Source: Octopus vulgaris
Taxonomy: Eukaryota
Length of the DNA stretch: 64,000 bases
Assembly: GCA_951406725.2 (NCBI GenBank)
Contig: OX597829.1
Location: 22,444,001-22,508,000, forward strand
Reading direction: 5' to 3'
Part shown: piece after piece, positions 62,936 through 64,000 of the stretch
Position numbering within the stretch: position 1 is the stretch's first letter
How the letters are laid out: each line of letters starts with the position of its first letter
Translations under genes and position numbers: made by a program
Notes under the pieces: generated by a model
Seen by the model: only the letters and a program-made list of their open reading frames with translations
Database searches by the model: none
What the model was told of the DNA's origin: nothing

Positions 62936-64000
62936 AATAAATGAATTAATTACTCAACTTTTATTTTAATGGCTAATTGAAATCAATGATGAAGAACTAA
63001 CAAGAAAAACACTAGTTTTAAAGGAAACTTTTCCAAAAGTTCTACAGATGACAATTTCAGAGTTGCAGCACTAATTACCAGCCAATTACAACCAAACCTG
63101 TCAAGAAGCAGAACAAGCAATCAGCAATTATAGGTTATAAATCAGAAAGGTGCTTTACTCATTGTTAATAATGTATTTCTATTAAATTAACAAAATCTCA
63201 TCATCACCAAATTAATGTTTTACATCACCATTATCTTATTTTTCAGACATTTCAATCTCATCTCAATCCAAGCCATTGCTTTGTTTGGGAATAATTCCAA
63301 GACATACTAATAGTTCCTTTGACAAGTGAGAGATCAACAAGAAAGTAGGCCTTGTGAGTTACACAGTAACACGACAAGGTACATTTGGACAGATTTAACA
63401 AAACTCAATACAGATAATGAAATGAAATCAATAAAAGTGTCGAGAAATCAATGCCTTACACAAGCATTAAAGGCATCAAGTTTAGCCAAATACACCACAA
63501 TAATAAGAAAGAAGAGCAAAAATAATATAGATTTCACGAATAAGGTTGGAACTGAATGACTTAAGATTAATGTGACCCAAAGAAACAAGAATCTCAATTG
63601 AAGCTATGTTCAGTATCTCAGATGGTAGAATGCCAGAAAGGAAGTGTGTTCTTCTGAGCTTTGATTATCAAACAACTTGTAAAGAATGATGGCTTAGGTT
63701 ACCGCAAACTGATAACGCACAGCAACAGAAAAGATGTAACTTATAATACAGATGCTGTAAAGATGTGTGTATATATCATATTATACAGATGTAACTAATA
63801 GTACAGTATGTATATATATCATATCGTATAATACAGATGTAAATGATAGTACAGTGTGTATATATTATATAATAGAGGTGTTGTAAAGATGTAACTAATA
63901 GTATATTTTATGTGTGTGTCTGTGTATATATATATATATATATATATAGATCATTTCTATCTAATATCTAATATCTATTTATCTAATATCTATCTATCTA

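Overview
AT-rich, microsatellite-saturated animal genomic DNA. It is most consistent with an octopus (coleoid cephalopod) intron or intergenic region; this is inferred from the tRNA-derived SINE types and the dense (TA)n/(CA)n/(GA)n/(AAT)n/(GAT)n tracts. I cannot support any intact host protein-coding gene: nearly all ORF-track entries are translated simple repeats or SINE frames. The window is a mosaic of at least four SINE-like families, short non-autonomous DNA transposons (piggyBac-like TTAA MITEs, mariner/Tc1, hAT, a Helentron-type element), decayed LINE fragments and minisatellites. Most notable: (1) a minimal type I hammerhead ribozyme motif at 5639-5685 in a short Penelope-like insert, with a degenerate second family at about 21174; (2) a roughly 0.8-1.1 kb inverted duplication (7956-9060 vs 26638-27450) about 17.6 kb apart, with a highly similar core and a filled/empty TTAA MITE site; (3) a long hairpin at 6144-6246; (4) a 550 bp mariner fold-back element; (5) a MITE turning into a tandem array; (6) a hairpin-rich 80-90 bp tandem repeat. 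All alignments were done by eye and element boundaries are approximate.
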